Positions 49,931-60,075 of a stretch of 64,000 nucleotides of DNA are shown piece by piece. The notes below the pieces were generated by a model. The model saw nothing but the letters and a program-made list of their open reading frames with translations, was not told the origin of the DNA and did not search any database. The DNA comes from a virus. The position numbers were made by a program, and so were the translations under genes. The stretch covers positions 32,001 to 96,000 of IMG/VR virus record IMGVR_UViG_3300028025_003409; one strand, written 5' to 3'. Numbering within the stretch: the stretch's first letter is position 1; the number at the start of each line of letters is the position of its first letter.

Positions 49931-50035
49931 AATGTTACTTTTTCTTTTTAAGTTGCCAAATTGGAAGGTTAATCTTAGTATCTTCTAGTTTGTAGCCAAG
50001 AATAGAAACAAATAGTCTAATAATTTTAATTCTCA

Positions 50036-50236
50036 TTACTTTACCTTATTTCCAAACTTTGCCCACACTCTTTCGTGAAGAAAATATCCAAGTGCTTCCC
50101 AACCGATATAAATAAGAGCACCAAGACTAGCATACTCCCACTCACCAGTAAATAAATAAATCACACCAGCAACTCCAACAAGGTGAAATGTTTCCCAACT
50201 TGCTGTCTTTAGTAAAGTTCTTCTAGTTGATTCCAT
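50036..50236 (-). CDS. Second DUF2061-like protein
   Basis: RTLLKTASW...YFLHERVW; start MESTRR. Confidence 0.7.
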   Translation of the reverse strand: MESTRRTLLKTASWETFHLVGVAGVIYLFTGEWEYASLGALIYIGWEALGYFLHERVWAKFGNKVK

Positions 50237-50874
50237 TATAGAGCCACAGAACCCTTTCCTCCGCCACCTGATGACTTCTTTACAGCAGGCTTTGCAGGTG
50301 TTGATGCTACCTTGTTTAGCAACGGAGCATTTTCTTCTCCAGTATAAACTGGACGACCCCAACCAACTACAGCATTAACCAACTTCTTCTTATTGTTCTT
50401 TACATAGCCACGAGTCTTCTCAACGCACATTCCTCCGTTGCGCTGATCTCCCTTTGCAGTTCCTGATGTATTTCCTTCAACAACTTGGATAGTTCCATCG
50501 CCATTGTTCTTAATGCAAAGACCAACATGTGAAATACGATTTACACCGTCTTCTGGGAAATCAAAATAGATCCAGTCTCCTGGCATTGGATCATCGTTAC
50601 GAGCATCTGACCAACGGCCTTCCTTCTTGAACTGATCTGACGCTGCTACTGTTGATGCAGACTTTGGAAACTTTGAAACTCCCGCAGTAAATGCACACCA
50701 AGAAACGAATGATTGGCACCATGGTTGGAAGTTAACCTTCATCCATGCACCATACTTTGTTTCGTTATCCTTAGGACCCTCAATGGTTCCTAGTTCTTTC
50801 TTTGCAACCGCAATGATTGCTTCTACAGATCCCTTTGCTGGCTTACTAGATCCTCCTGATATTGCTTCTTTCAT
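50236..50874 (-). CDS. CHAP-domain endolysin/amidase
   Basis: PWCQSFVSW; PGDWIYF; HVG; VEGNT. Confidence 0.85.
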   Translation of the reverse strand: MKEAISGGSSKPAKGSVEAIIAVAKKELGTIEGPKDNETKYGAWMKVNFQPWCQSFVSWCAFTAGVSKFPKSASTVAASDQFKKEGRWSDARNDDPMPGDWIYFDFPEDGVNRISHVGLCIKNNGDGTIQVVEGNTSGTAKGDQRNGGMCVEKTRGYVKNNKKKLVNAVVGWGRPVYTGEENAPLLNKVASTPAKPAVKKSSGGGGKGSVAL

Positions 50875-51043
50875 TACATTATCTCCTTTTCATTTTTAAA
50901 TGTCATATGACTCATATCATGAACTTCTTCAAAACTTACTTTTAATGCTTGCTTAGCAAGTTTTTTATAAGCAATACAAAGTTCTTCATATTTCTTATAC
51001 ATAAAGTTAAGTTCTGATAAAAGTTCTTCTTCTCTATTTCTCA

Positions 51044-51721
51044 TTACTCTGTCCCATCTGTATATATCTTGTTACTCATATTATGATACCAGTTAGGAAG
51101 GGCATATCTTGTTCCCTTTGTCACTGCAGCAACTTCATGAACATATACAAACATTGATGGGAAAAAGATGGCACTGCCAGCACCTGGCTTGACTGTAACC
51201 CCATTCCCTACGTATGGAAATGTTATCTCTCCTCCATCAAAATCATCATTTAGATATAGGACAACTGATAGCGTTCTACTGCTACTGCCATGGTCAGTAT
51301 GCGCTGGCAAATACCCTGCTGTCTCATACTTTAATATACTCATGTTATCCTCTTTGCCCTTTAAGTTTCTAGATGCATATGGGTAAATTTCTGTTGAATA
51401 GTGCTTAAAACTAGAATCAAGTGCGCTGAATAGTCTATCGGATATTGATGAGTATTCTGCATAGTACATATCTTTTTCATTCATATCTTCTGTTCTTGGA
51501 AGCCAACGCTGTTTGCAAAAATGAAGAGTCATTGTTCCATTGTCATGATCCCAGTTGTGCCAAGGCTTTACAAAACTTTCTGCAGCGCCTGGTACTCCAT
51601 TTTTAATATCGTTTTCTATCCTATTATTTAGTTCTTCTATATCTGAAATAATTTGATATGGATCTTCAATAAGATTTTTATAAAAAACTAAACCATCTCC
51701 TAATTTTTCATATGTAAACAT
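51044..51721 (-). CDS. Prolyl 4-hydroxylase-like 2OG-Fe(II) oxygenase
   Basis: HTD; YLNDDFDGGEITFP; HEV..VTKGTRY. Confidence 0.9.
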   Translation of the reverse strand: MFTYEKLGDGLVFYKNLIEDPYQIISDIEELNNRIENDIKNGVPGAAESFVKPWHNWDHDNGTMTLHFCKQRWLPRTEDMNEKDMYYAEYSSISDRLFSALDSSFKHYSTEIYPYASRNLKGKEDNMSILKYETAGYLPAHTDHGSSSRTLSVVLYLNDDFDGGEITFPYVGNGVTVKPGAGSAIFFPSMFVYVHEVAAVTKGTRYALPNWYHNMSNKIYTDGTE

Positions 51722-52542
51722 TATTTTCCAACTTTCTTCTCTACATTGAACATTCTCTTGTCGTCTTCAGTTAATTGTGAGTCATCTCCAAAAACTGGCT
51801 CTGGCAATCCATCAACACTCTTTACATGATCTACATATAGTTCTTGCCAAATGTGAAGTCTTTGCTTTTGAAAATCAAGGAAGTCTTTATCTTGTATGTA
51901 CTCGTTGCCATAAAGATTTTTCCAATGATCCTTTCTAATTAAATGAAAGAATAAAACCTTATAGTTCTCTTCTGGATTATCCGAATTCCATGCTGGCCTG
52001 TAATGAAAGTCTAGTTCTGGTTGAACAATAATTGCATCATTTGGCTTTGTTATAAATTCTTTATCGTGTGCAATAAAACCCCAGTCACGATTTCCACCAA
52101 TATGAAGATCAACCATATAGCATCCTGGAGACCAGTCTAGGTGAACTTGCAAAAATGGCTTACGGCCTTCTGCTGTTATTTGGTGATGTGCGTATAGATA
52201 ATAGCCTAACTCCACATCTTTTGTTCCTAGCAAGTCTTGTGTTCTTTTGATAGCCTTATCAAAGAAATGTTGCGGAATAGTGATTGCATCTTCCCATTTA
52301 TTCATTTGCTTTGTATATGCAATATCCTTGACATCTTTAGACTCTAGTATACCCTTTAATTCTTCAAAATCATTTTTATCAAAGAAGTTTTCTACTAGAA
52401 ATGGATCAAAGAATAAAACATTCTTTCTAAACATTTCTTCAAATTTGAGGTAATGATCTCTACTACAAAATTTCCAGTCGATCATGCTCTCATCTGGATG
52501 ATTTTCCAGCATTGCAAATGTTGTATCTCTAAAATTTACCAT
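51721..52542 (-). CDS. 2OG-Fe(II) oxygenase-like protein
   Basis: L.VHLD...HYR...LFFH. Confidence 0.6.
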   Translation of the reverse strand: MVNFRDTTFAMLENHPDESMIDWKFCSRDHYLKFEEMFRKNVLFFDPFLVENFFDKNDFEELKGILESKDVKDIAYTKQMNKWEDAITIPQHFFDKAIKRTQDLLGTKDVELGYYLYAHHQITAEGRKPFLQVHLDWSPGCYMVDLHIGGNRDWGFIAHDKEFITKPNDAIIVQPELDFHYRPAWNSDNPEENYKVLFFHLIRKDHWKNLYGNEYIQDKDFLDFQKQRLHIWQELYVDHVKSVDGLPEPVFGDDSQLTEDDKRMFNVEKKVGK

Positions 52543-52544
52543 AA

Positions 52545-53090
52545 TTAGTCCAAGTCTGGATCTACATGTTCGAGTTGAGTTGTGTGCATATAAAGCAGAG
52601 TAGATCGTTCTCCACTTTCAACTGGTGTAATTCCGTGCTTCCAATCGCTGCCATCGCTAATAAAGAATACTCCAGAATATTTTTTTGGAACATACTCAAA
52701 GTTTTTTGCAGGGAAAAATATTGTTCCACCCTCAAAATTATCATTCAAATATATAACTGTGCTGTACTCAATAAATGGTTCTGGGTCTTGGTCATCAACA
52801 TGAACCAAGCCATATCCCCCTGGGCTCCATGTAGATCCAAAACACTTGAATGTTTTTATTTCATTTGGCTCTTCTGGATTTAGTTTTTGCAATAACTCAT
52901 TTGACTTTAGAGCATATTTTTTTTGTATTGCTAAAACCCGACTGTTGTATGGATATCCCGTTCCACCAAACCTAGTTTTATAATATTCTGGATAAGGATT
53001 TACCTCAGATGGTGTAGACATTTCTTCTAATAGTATCGCTGCATCTTCTGCAGATATAAAATCTTCAACAACTACTGGAACTGTAAGCAT
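52545..53090 (-). CDS. Prolyl 4-hydroxylase-like 2OG-Fe(II) oxygenase
   Basis: HVD; YLNDNFEGG; HGITPVESGER. Confidence 0.88.
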   Translation of the reverse strand: MLTVPVVVEDFISAEDAAILLEEMSTPSEVNPYPEYYKTRFGGTGYPYNSRVLAIQKKYALKSNELLQKLNPEEPNEIKTFKCFGSTWSPGGYGLVHVDDQDPEPFIEYSTVIYLNDNFEGGTIFFPAKNFEYVPKKYSGVFFISDGSDWKHGITPVESGERSTLLYMHTTQLEHVDPDLD

Positions 53091-53116
53091 TTTTTTCCTC
53101 CTAACATATTATACCA

Positions 53117-53959
53117 CTACTCTATACTTCGTACATTGCTGATAAATCTTGTTTCATTCATCTCGTCGAGATCCATAGCGGTGTTATACGATGTGTCATC
53201 ATGAGAAAATGGAAGCCATGACAGTTTGCTAAAATCAAAGCCTGTCAAACTATATAGTTTATCTACACATGAAAGACCATCAAAAAAGGCATTGGACTCT
53301 TTAACAAATAGACTTGTCACTAGGTCATAGTTATGCTTTAAAGAAAAAGGAACATAGTCTACTCCACTAATGCCACTATCAAGTCTACGGCACCATGCGC
53401 TGGCAATTGCAAAAATAGGAACATCTTTACTGCAAGCATACATTGAATAAACTTCTTCTAATCCATAATGCTTTAGTCTAGACAAGTTTGGAAAATCTTT
53501 AAACATTTCAGTTGTCATAAAAATAAAATCTTGAGATATCCAATTAGTCATGGTTGTTGTGTTAAGTGCTGCTTTAAAATAGTTAGGATAAAACTTATAT
53601 TGTGGAACAAAATTTATTAAAGCATTTCCACTAAGTACGCAAGGTCTTCCTCCATGCCCCATAACCAATTCTAAATCCCAATTTTTTTCAAACATGATTG
53701 CACCATCAATATACATAAAATAGTCTTTGTCACATTCTAATAAAGAATTGTTTAGATATGTAAAGGGAGACTCTAGAGAGTCCCAGTAAACATGGCTATA
53801 TGATACATCTGGAAACTTTTCTTCTCTATCTATGTTAACCTGGTCATACACTGAAACTACTATATTGTGATGACCACTCTGATTATTAATTAATGAAGAT
53901 ACTGCTTCTGGAAGTTCTTTACTTTTGTATCCATACACATGTACAAATATGCTCTTCAT
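53117..53959 (-). CDS. GT60 (Skp1 hydroxyproline GlcNAc-transferase)-like glycosyltransferase, divergent
   Basis: SIFVHVYGYK..EL; VYDQ; DYFMYIDGAIMFEKNWD; FIF; YGLEE resemble the family motifs IFVxIASYRD / YxLQIDSHxRFxxxWD / FxGEE. Confidence 0.55.
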   Translation of the reverse strand: MKSIFVHVYGYKSKELPEAVSSLINNQSGHHNIVVSVYDQVNIDREEKFPDVSYSHVYWDSLESPFTYLNNSLLECDKDYFMYIDGAIMFEKNWDLELVMGHGGRPCVLSGNALINFVPQYKFYPNYFKAALNTTTMTNWISQDFIFMTTEMFKDFPNLSRLKHYGLEEVYSMYACSKDVPIFAIASAWCRRLDSGISGVDYVPFSLKHNYDLVTSLFVKESNAFFDGLSCVDKLYSLTGFDFSKLSWLPFSHDDTSYNTAMDLDEMNETRFISNVRSIE

Positions 53960-53960
53960 T

Positions 53961-54617
53961 TTATAGTAACGGAATCCAGTGTTGCTCAATAGTACCTGGA
54001 TTATCAATCAAAGACTGAAGAGGCTCAATGTCGTATGCAAGTGTGATTCTTGCTCCATTCCAGTTCCAGTCTCCCATGGCATGAGGATGACCCATTTCAG
54101 AAATAACTAGCCTATTATTTTTATTAACATTATCTACAACCCTACTAGTTCCATCATTAATTTGGTAATGAGTTATAGATGGCTCTGCTGCGATGCAATA
54201 GTATCCATGAAAATGTGGAGCAAATGGTCCGCCATGATCATGCCAGTTTAACTTACCAACCTCTGAGTGATTTATGTTAAACCATCCCTGGACCATATAC
54301 TTTTGTTCTTCAAAATTAATTCCATAATATTCACAGGCTTCACGAGTTGCTTCTGAAATTCCTTTAAAAACATTATAGATTTCATTATTTGAAAACTGAA
54401 AAACATTGTACTCTCTCCACTTAACAGTAGAAAGACTTCCAGATTCTACCCACGCTTCTTCCTGTCCTAATTCATCTACACCACGCAGTTTTGCTGATTG
54501 GATTAATTCATATTTTTCTGTTAAGAATTTTGAAAGTTTATCCAGGTCATTGTCTAGGTAGCGCTCAAAAAATTTATGAGGCTTAGTTGAAACCTGAACT
54601 GTCTTGCTTGCTATCAT
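53961..54617 (-). CDS. 2OG-Fe(II) oxygenase-like protein (TIGR02466-type)
   Basis: WFNIN; WHDH; GYY; HPH; RITLAYD. Confidence 0.65.
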   Translation of the reverse strand: MIASKTVQVSTKPHKFFERYLDNDLDKLSKFLTEKYELIQSAKLRGVDELGQEEAWVESGSLSTVKWREYNVFQFSNNEIYNVFKGISEATREACEYYGINFEEQKYMVQGWFNINHSEVGKLNWHDHGGPFAPHFHGYYCIAAEPSITHYQINDGTSRVVDNVNKNNRLVISEMGHPHAMGDWNWNGARITLAYDIEPLQSLIDNPGTIEQHWIPLL

Positions 54618-54646
54618 TTTTTCCCCTTTGTTATATAACTATTATA

Positions 54647-55387
54647 CTACAGATCTCTTTTGGTGTATTGCTTTTTGCGCCAGGCAAATTTTCTATAATG
54701 TGCAGTAATGTGAGACCTTCTGTTTTCAGATAGTAGTTCATGCTTGTCTAACATTTCCTGTGATTGATCAATGACCAGGTTCCAATTATCTCTCTTGATT
54801 GGAATCATCTGAGCAATTGGAGTTCCCTTTGGTATTACCCCTTCAAAATTTCTTTTAATAAACAGCGGAAGGAAAGCAGGCAACCCCCATATATCAGAGT
54901 CAACAATACCAGATGGAGTCCAGAAAGGCAGGTCTGGTCTGTTTAGTGGCATTGTCATTAGTAAAGAGTAGTCTGGTGGAGTTTCATAAAACCAATTCAT
55001 TTTAACACCAAAATGTATTGGATGAACATCATCGGGTATAGCCATATCTACATATGGCCTTTTGTCAATAAGCATTAGGTCAGAGTCCCAAGATAGTCTT
55101 GGCTTACCACTCTTAGAAAGTTCTACTGTAAGATTTCCCTCTAGACAATACATGTACCCAAGAGACATTGCGTCCTGAAATGGCAGACACAGTTTTGTAG
55201 AAACATTAGATCCGTCTCCACCCCTATCATTAATTGGATCGAGATTTTCTAAATCATTTGAAACATAGTGCTTTGCAAGATCACGATACCATTGAGGTAT
55301 TTTTTTATATGCAGGCTCTGGTGGTAAATAGTCTGGGTGATTTCCAGCAACAAAAATAATATCAATTTCTTTATCTGTATTGCTCAT
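54647..55387 (-). CDS. Conserved phage protein, paralog of 5006-5740
   Basis: PQWYR; KLCLPFQDAMSLGY; GTPIAQMIPIKRDNW. Confidence 0.7.
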   Translation of the reverse strand: MSNTDKEIDIIFVAGNHPDYLPPEPAYKKIPQWYRDLAKHYVSNDLENLDPINDRGGDGSNVSTKLCLPFQDAMSLGYMYCLEGNLTVELSKSGKPRLSWDSDLMLIDKRPYVDMAIPDDVHPIHFGVKMNWFYETPPDYSLLMTMPLNRPDLPFWTPSGIVDSDIWGLPAFLPLFIKRNFEGVIPKGTPIAQMIPIKRDNWNLVIDQSQEMLDKHELLSENRRSHITAHYRKFAWRKKQYTKRDL

Positions 55388-56012
55388 TTATTTTTTCCAA
55401 GTCTTTGTCGTTTAGATTTAGCGTTATGTCATACATTGGTGTTCCTATTTCAATTATACCATAATTAGAATTTTTCATATGAGCACCGAACCTTTTTATC
55501 TTAAAGTCAATAAAAGGCACATCTATAAAATCTAAAATAATATCATTTTCTTTTGTATTAATTATTGATTTCTCAGAATAAAAGCAGTCTCCTGCTGGAC
55601 TAATCTCTATCATAGAATTCAGATCTATTATCCATGGCATATAAAATTTATATGTTGGCTCGAAAGAATCTGGGTCGTCAATTTTATTTTCAGATGGATA
55701 GAACTGTCTTTGGTGACACTTATCTAAGGCATAAAGATCGTCACTTTTTATATCTACCCAAATTTCAGCATGGGTTTTTTGTCTAAGTTTTACAGTATTA
55801 TTGTTTATTGACAATATTTCTGGTCTTGGGTATAGATTTGACACATATCTATTGACTGGTTTTACTATACTATTTCTATATTTTTCTTCAATTAGAGAGT
55901 ATTTTGACCATTTTGCTGGGACCCTTGATCCCGTAAGTATTTGACTAAAAGAAAGTTCAGAACTATTTAGCCAAAATTCACTTCCACGCATTCCATTTTT
56001 AACCTCAATCAT
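55371..56012 (-). CDS. Hypothetical protein, possibly a distant relative of 54647-55387
   Basis: YKFYMPW and GIIEIGTPM motifs. Confidence 0.55.
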   Translation of the reverse strand: MIEVKNGMRGSEFWLNSSELSFSQILTGSRVPAKWSKYSLIEEKYRNSIVKPVNRYVSNLYPRPEILSINNNTVKLRQKTHAEIWVDIKSDDLYALDKCHQRQFYPSENKIDDPDSFEPTYKFYMPWIIDLNSMIEISPAGDCFYSEKSIINTKENDIILDFIDVPFIDFKIKRFGAHMKNSNYGIIEIGTPMYDITLNLNDKDLEKINEQYR

Positions 56013-56683
56013 TATTTACGCATAACGATCTCATTAAAACTATCTTCTTGGTACTCATATCCACCATGGTTTGGTTCTTCTAAAAATTCCGCACCGTATT
56101 CTCTTACATCAAATCCGTGGAAGAATGGCAGTGTGTATCTTCCGACACTACCCTCATTAGGGAAAATGCTAGTGACTTGGTGCATATAAAATGATGGGAA
56201 CATGCAGAGACTTCCTGCAGAAGGTTTAAACCCATAGTCAAAGTCTTCAAAATATAGTTCTCCTCCATCAAAATCATCAGTTAGATAAACCAAAGAACTA
56301 ATTGGTAGCCCTAGCCTTAACTTGTCATCTTCTGTTGGCATGCCTTCGTGACCATCTCTATGTCCTTGTAGGCCACCGCTAGTCCATCTAACTATTTCAA
56401 TATCTCTTTTCCAGTTTAGCCTGGTCACCCTTAGTTCATGGGATGCAGCGTATTCTCCAATAATAAAGGTATATGCTTTTTTTTCTAACTCTATCATTAA
56501 GTCTTTAACTTCTTTATCTTTTATGCCAACAAAGGGAAACACTATTCTTCCATACTGATCTATCACATCTGAATACTTATCTTTGGATGCTATCTTTTCT
56601 GCATAAGATATAATTAAATCTGCTTCATCTTTAGTTACAAAATTTTTCTTTTCATGAATTTTACTTACATCCCAATTAAACAT
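56012..56683 (-). CDS. Prolyl 4-hydroxylase-like 2OG-Fe(II) oxygenase
   Basis: HRD; YLTDDFDGGELYF; MHQV; RYT; similar to 20949-21554. Confidence 0.88.
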   Translation of the reverse strand: MFNWDVSKIHEKKNFVTKDEADLIISYAEKIASKDKYSDVIDQYGRIVFPFVGIKDKEVKDLMIELEKKAYTFIIGEYAASHELRVTRLNWKRDIEIVRWTSGGLQGHRDGHEGMPTEDDKLRLGLPISSLVYLTDDFDGGELYFEDFDYGFKPSAGSLCMFPSFYMHQVTSIFPNEGSVGRYTLPFFHGFDVREYGAEFLEEPNHGGYEYQEDSFNEIVMRK

Positions 56684-57596
56684 TTTTCACATCCTTTTCT
56701 TTATATATTGAGGAAAACGCATCAAAAAATCTATCAGCAATTAGTTTATGATATCCAATTCCTGGATGATTTCTATCTCTTGCCATATACCAATATGGGT
56801 CATTTTCTGTATTTTCTTCAATAGTGTATGATTCACGACTTGGTACATCTATATAATTATTAAAGCCAAGTTCTTCTGACATCTTTTTATAATCTTCAGA
56901 CCATGTGGACCAAATAAGGTCTATACCTAAGGCCCTACAAACAAATTCTAAATTATGAATGTAGTCTGTTGCAAATAAAATACTTTCTTCAATCACATAA
57001 CTTTCCATAAAATGTTTTACTCCATTATTTTTTTTGTAATTTTCATGGTGTGGTTGAGTTATGGTTACCTTAATAAAACTTCTGCTATTATTTTGATCTT
57101 GATACTTTATTGTTCTTTCAAACCCTGGGAATAATACAAAAAGATAATCTGGCTTTCCATATTTTTCTATATAGATTCTTAGGTTTTTGCAAATTTGAAA
57201 AACATTACTACCACCAAGGGCTATGTTTCTATGCTCTACATTTTTATTTGAAACTTTTGATATCATCTTTATAACTTTTGCTGGCCATGCATAGTCCGAT
57301 GGTAGGCCTGCACCATGAGTAAATGAACAACCAGAAAATAAAATATTTAAATTTTCGCCACTAAGTTTTTCAAAATGCTTCGTCCTAAATCCATCGAGAT
57401 TAATCTTATAATCAAAGTATGGTCCGTCAGAAATAACTTCATGGTCGTAGAGTCTAAACTTTACCATATAGTCATCTTCATCAATTTTTATGGATTGCTC
57501 TAGATCAGAATTTACTTTACTGAAATTTTCTCCAGTTTGGTATTCAATCTCTCTCCTATCCAAAGCACTATCAAGTAGGGAAAAATTATCAGACAA
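56676..57596 (-). CDS. SGNH-like protein (GCS), paralog 2
   Basis: NLDGFR; LFSGCSFTHG; NIALGG; RDRNHPG. Confidence 0.7.
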   Translation of the reverse strand: MSDNFSLLDSALDRREIEYQTGENFSKVNSDLEQSIKIDEDDYMVKFRLYDHEVISDGPYFDYKINLDGFRTKHFEKLSGENLNILFSGCSFTHGAGLPSDYAWPAKVIKMISKVSNKNVEHRNIALGGSNVFQICKNLRIYIEKYGKPDYLFVLFPGFERTIKYQDQNNSRSFIKVTITQPHHENYKKNNGVKHFMESYVIEESILFATDYIHNLEFVCRALGIDLIWSTWSEDYKKMSEELGFNNYIDVPSRESYTIEENTENDPYWYMARDRNHPGIGYHKLIADRFFDAFSSIYKEKDVKNV

Positions 57597-57724
57597 AAGT
57601 TCATCCTTGATAAATCTAAAAGATGAATAATCGTAGAGTGAGTTTGGGTTAATAGATGAAATCTTCTTTTCCTGCTTTCTTGTATATTTTCCTGTAGCGC
57701 ACTCTAAAGTACACCATCCTAAGC

Positions 57725-58573
57725 CTATTTATTATTTTTTGCATAATCTATTATAGCATTAATTAGATTAGTTGACCATACCTTATGAGCGTTTAGCCCT
57801 TGGTGACCATCTCTTTTAATGACCTCGTTTTGCTTATATTCAAAAAATTCAGGGTGATAATTAAATTCAATAAAGTTTTTAGAAAAGTTTAATTCTGACA
57901 ATACAGAGTTTTCTAATCTACTCCATGTGCTCCAAAATAATTTTATTTGATTTATTCTACAATATTCTTCAAACATATTTATATATAAAATAAAATCTAT
58001 CATTGAGTCCATATATAGTTTTCTGTTTTCTTTTATTTCTAAATGATTAAGATCTTTCCATTCAATTGTATAAGAGTTTTCGCTATCCAACCACTTAAAA
58101 ACTCTTGCAACATCTGGGAAAAGTACTACGAAGGCATCTGGCTTTCCAAATTCTTTAACATAAAGCAAACAGTTCATTATTATTTTTTGAAATCCAAAGT
58201 TGTCAATAGATAGATTATAGAATCCGTCCAGACTTAGTTCATCCTTAATAGCATTATACGTCATTCCAGTCCAACTATCTTCTATGTTGCCACCAATTCC
58301 CTCACCTTCAGAGCACCCAGCAAAAACAAACCTATTTTTTTTACTATCTGTTTTTTTTACAAAATCGTCTGACCTAAAACCCAGACTGTTGTAATGATAG
58401 GAAACAGAGCCATCATCTTCTGGAACTGGGATGTTGTTCATTTTAAACATAGGAAATTCTTTTGGATGAATTGCAAATGTAGCGTTATGGTGCTCTGAAC
58501 CTTCAAGGTCAGAGAAAAAGAGAGAGTTACTATTTGTATTGAGTATTGCTTTTACTATAGAGTCTTTATCCAT
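57725..58573 (-). CDS. SGNH-like protein (GCS), paralog 3
   Basis: NSLGFRSDDF; FAGCS; RDGHQG. Confidence 0.7.
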   Translation of the reverse strand: MDKDSIVKAILNTNSNSLFFSDLEGSEHHNATFAIHPKEFPMFKMNNIPVPEDDGSVSYHYNSLGFRSDDFVKKTDSKKNRFVFAGCSEGEGIGGNIEDSWTGMTYNAIKDELSLDGFYNLSIDNFGFQKIIMNCLLYVKEFGKPDAFVVLFPDVARVFKWLDSENSYTIEWKDLNHLEIKENRKLYMDSMIDFILYINMFEEYCRINQIKLFWSTWSRLENSVLSELNFSKNFIEFNYHPEFFEYKQNEVIKRDGHQGLNAHKVWSTNLINAIIDYAKNNK

Positions 58574-60002
58574 TTTCTGATCCTATAATCTTTGTTCCAT
58601 ATGTTTTTTCCCATAGTTCAATATCTTTTTTATCATTCAGCAACGGCTGCCCTTTAATATTTAAACTTGTGTTTAGTAGTATAGGTACACCTGTTTGTAG
58701 GTAAAACTTATTAATTGCCCGATATAGACCTGGGTGCTGTTCTCTTGTTACAGTTTGTACTCTTGAAGTTCCATCTTGATGAACCACAGAAGGTATTTTT
58801 TCTGGCTTTAAACATTTAACTGTGTACTGCATATAAGGGCTTTCAAAGTCCATATCAAACCACTTGTGTGCATGGTCAGCCAATACAACTGGTGCAAAAG
58901 GTCTAAACAGTTCTCTTTGCTTAATTCTATTAACCTTATCCTTGATATTAGGATCTCTTGGATCAGCGAGGATTGACCTATTCCCTAATGCTCTTGGACC
59001 ATACTCTGCTCTTCCTGATGCTACTGCTACGATTCCGTCTTTTAGTATACCGTCCACAATTTGCTGAACAGGATACTCTCCTCCAAGATCATAACCAAGA
59101 TATGGGGTCTTCCACCCAAGGTGTTTTCCATACAGTGCTGCTGCTGCACCCAAAGAACTGCCAGCATCTCCTGGATTAGGCATAATCCAAATCATGTCAA
59201 AGATATTCCAAAGTAGCGTATTTGCTGATGAGTTAAGTGCACAACCACCCATAAATACCAAATTCTTTTTACCAGTAATGGAATAGGCCATATGCATAAA
59301 ATCATTTAGCCTTTGTTGATAGACAACCTGAACTGCTGCAGCAATATCAAATCTGTCTTGCTCTGTAATCTCCATTCCCCAGTCATTGATTCCTTTATGA
59401 AAGTTGTACTTTTGGTTTGAATATGACGGGAAGTATTCATCGACCTCTTTATAATATCTTTTCCAGTCCCCGTAAGCAGCCATTCCCATCATAATATACT
59501 CTTCTTGGTTGGGCATTAAGCCTATTAACTGTGTAAAGGCAGAATAGAATAGACCGAAACTTACTGGATAGTTTTGCTTATACTTTAATTTTATTTTATC
59601 TCCCTCTCCAACCCAAATGGTTGAAGTGTTATATTCTCCTATTGCATCTAGTACAACAATAACGGCATTGTCGAAGGCGCTTGTATAGTATCCTGCTGCT
59701 GCATGAGAATAGTGATGACTAAAAGATTTTCTTGGTATTCCATCTATATTAAACCTTGGCTTCCATTCCCCAGATCCACCCCTTAAAGCCAGTCTGGAGG
59801 CCTTTAGGAGAGGCTTTTCATAATAGGCTATGTGATCTGGTCTACCATACTGTAAAGCATCTTTTATTAAACTATCATTCACATACCAATCATTTTTTTT
59901 CTTGCTGTATCTTTCTGCATGTCCAGCAAAAAGTATTTCTCCATCTTTGATTAAAGATACGGACGCATCGTGAGAGGTTTCGTTTATTCCAAGAATAATC
60001 AT
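58566..60002 (-). CDS. Carbamoyltransferase (NodU/CmcH/TobZ family)
   Basis: HDAS; ERYS..K; HHYSHAA; DAIGE; MGMAAYG; GGCALN; EYGPRALGNRSIL; RPFAP; LNTSLN. Confidence 0.93.
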   Translation of the reverse strand: MIILGINETSHDASVSLIKDGEILFAGHAERYSKKKNDWYVNDSLIKDALQYGRPDHIAYYEKPLLKASRLALRGGSGEWKPRFNIDGIPRKSFSHHYSHAAAGYYTSAFDNAVIVVLDAIGEYNTSTIWVGEGDKIKLKYKQNYPVSFGLFYSAFTQLIGLMPNQEEYIMMGMAAYGDWKRYYKEVDEYFPSYSNQKYNFHKGINDWGMEITEQDRFDIAAAVQVVYQQRLNDFMHMAYSITGKKNLVFMGGCALNSSANTLLWNIFDMIWIMPNPGDAGSSLGAAAALYGKHLGWKTPYLGYDLGGEYPVQQIVDGILKDGIVAVASGRAEYGPRALGNRSILADPRDPNIKDKVNRIKQRELFRPFAPVVLADHAHKWFDMDFESPYMQYTVKCLKPEKIPSVVHQDGTSRVQTVTREQHPGLYRAINKFYLQTGVPILLNTSLNIKGQPLLNDKKDIELWEKTYGTKIIGSENG

Positions 60003-60075
60003 CAGTATATATACCTCTTTGGTTTTTTATTAAATCTTCTTAATCTATACTTTAAGATTATTTTTTTTATTATGC

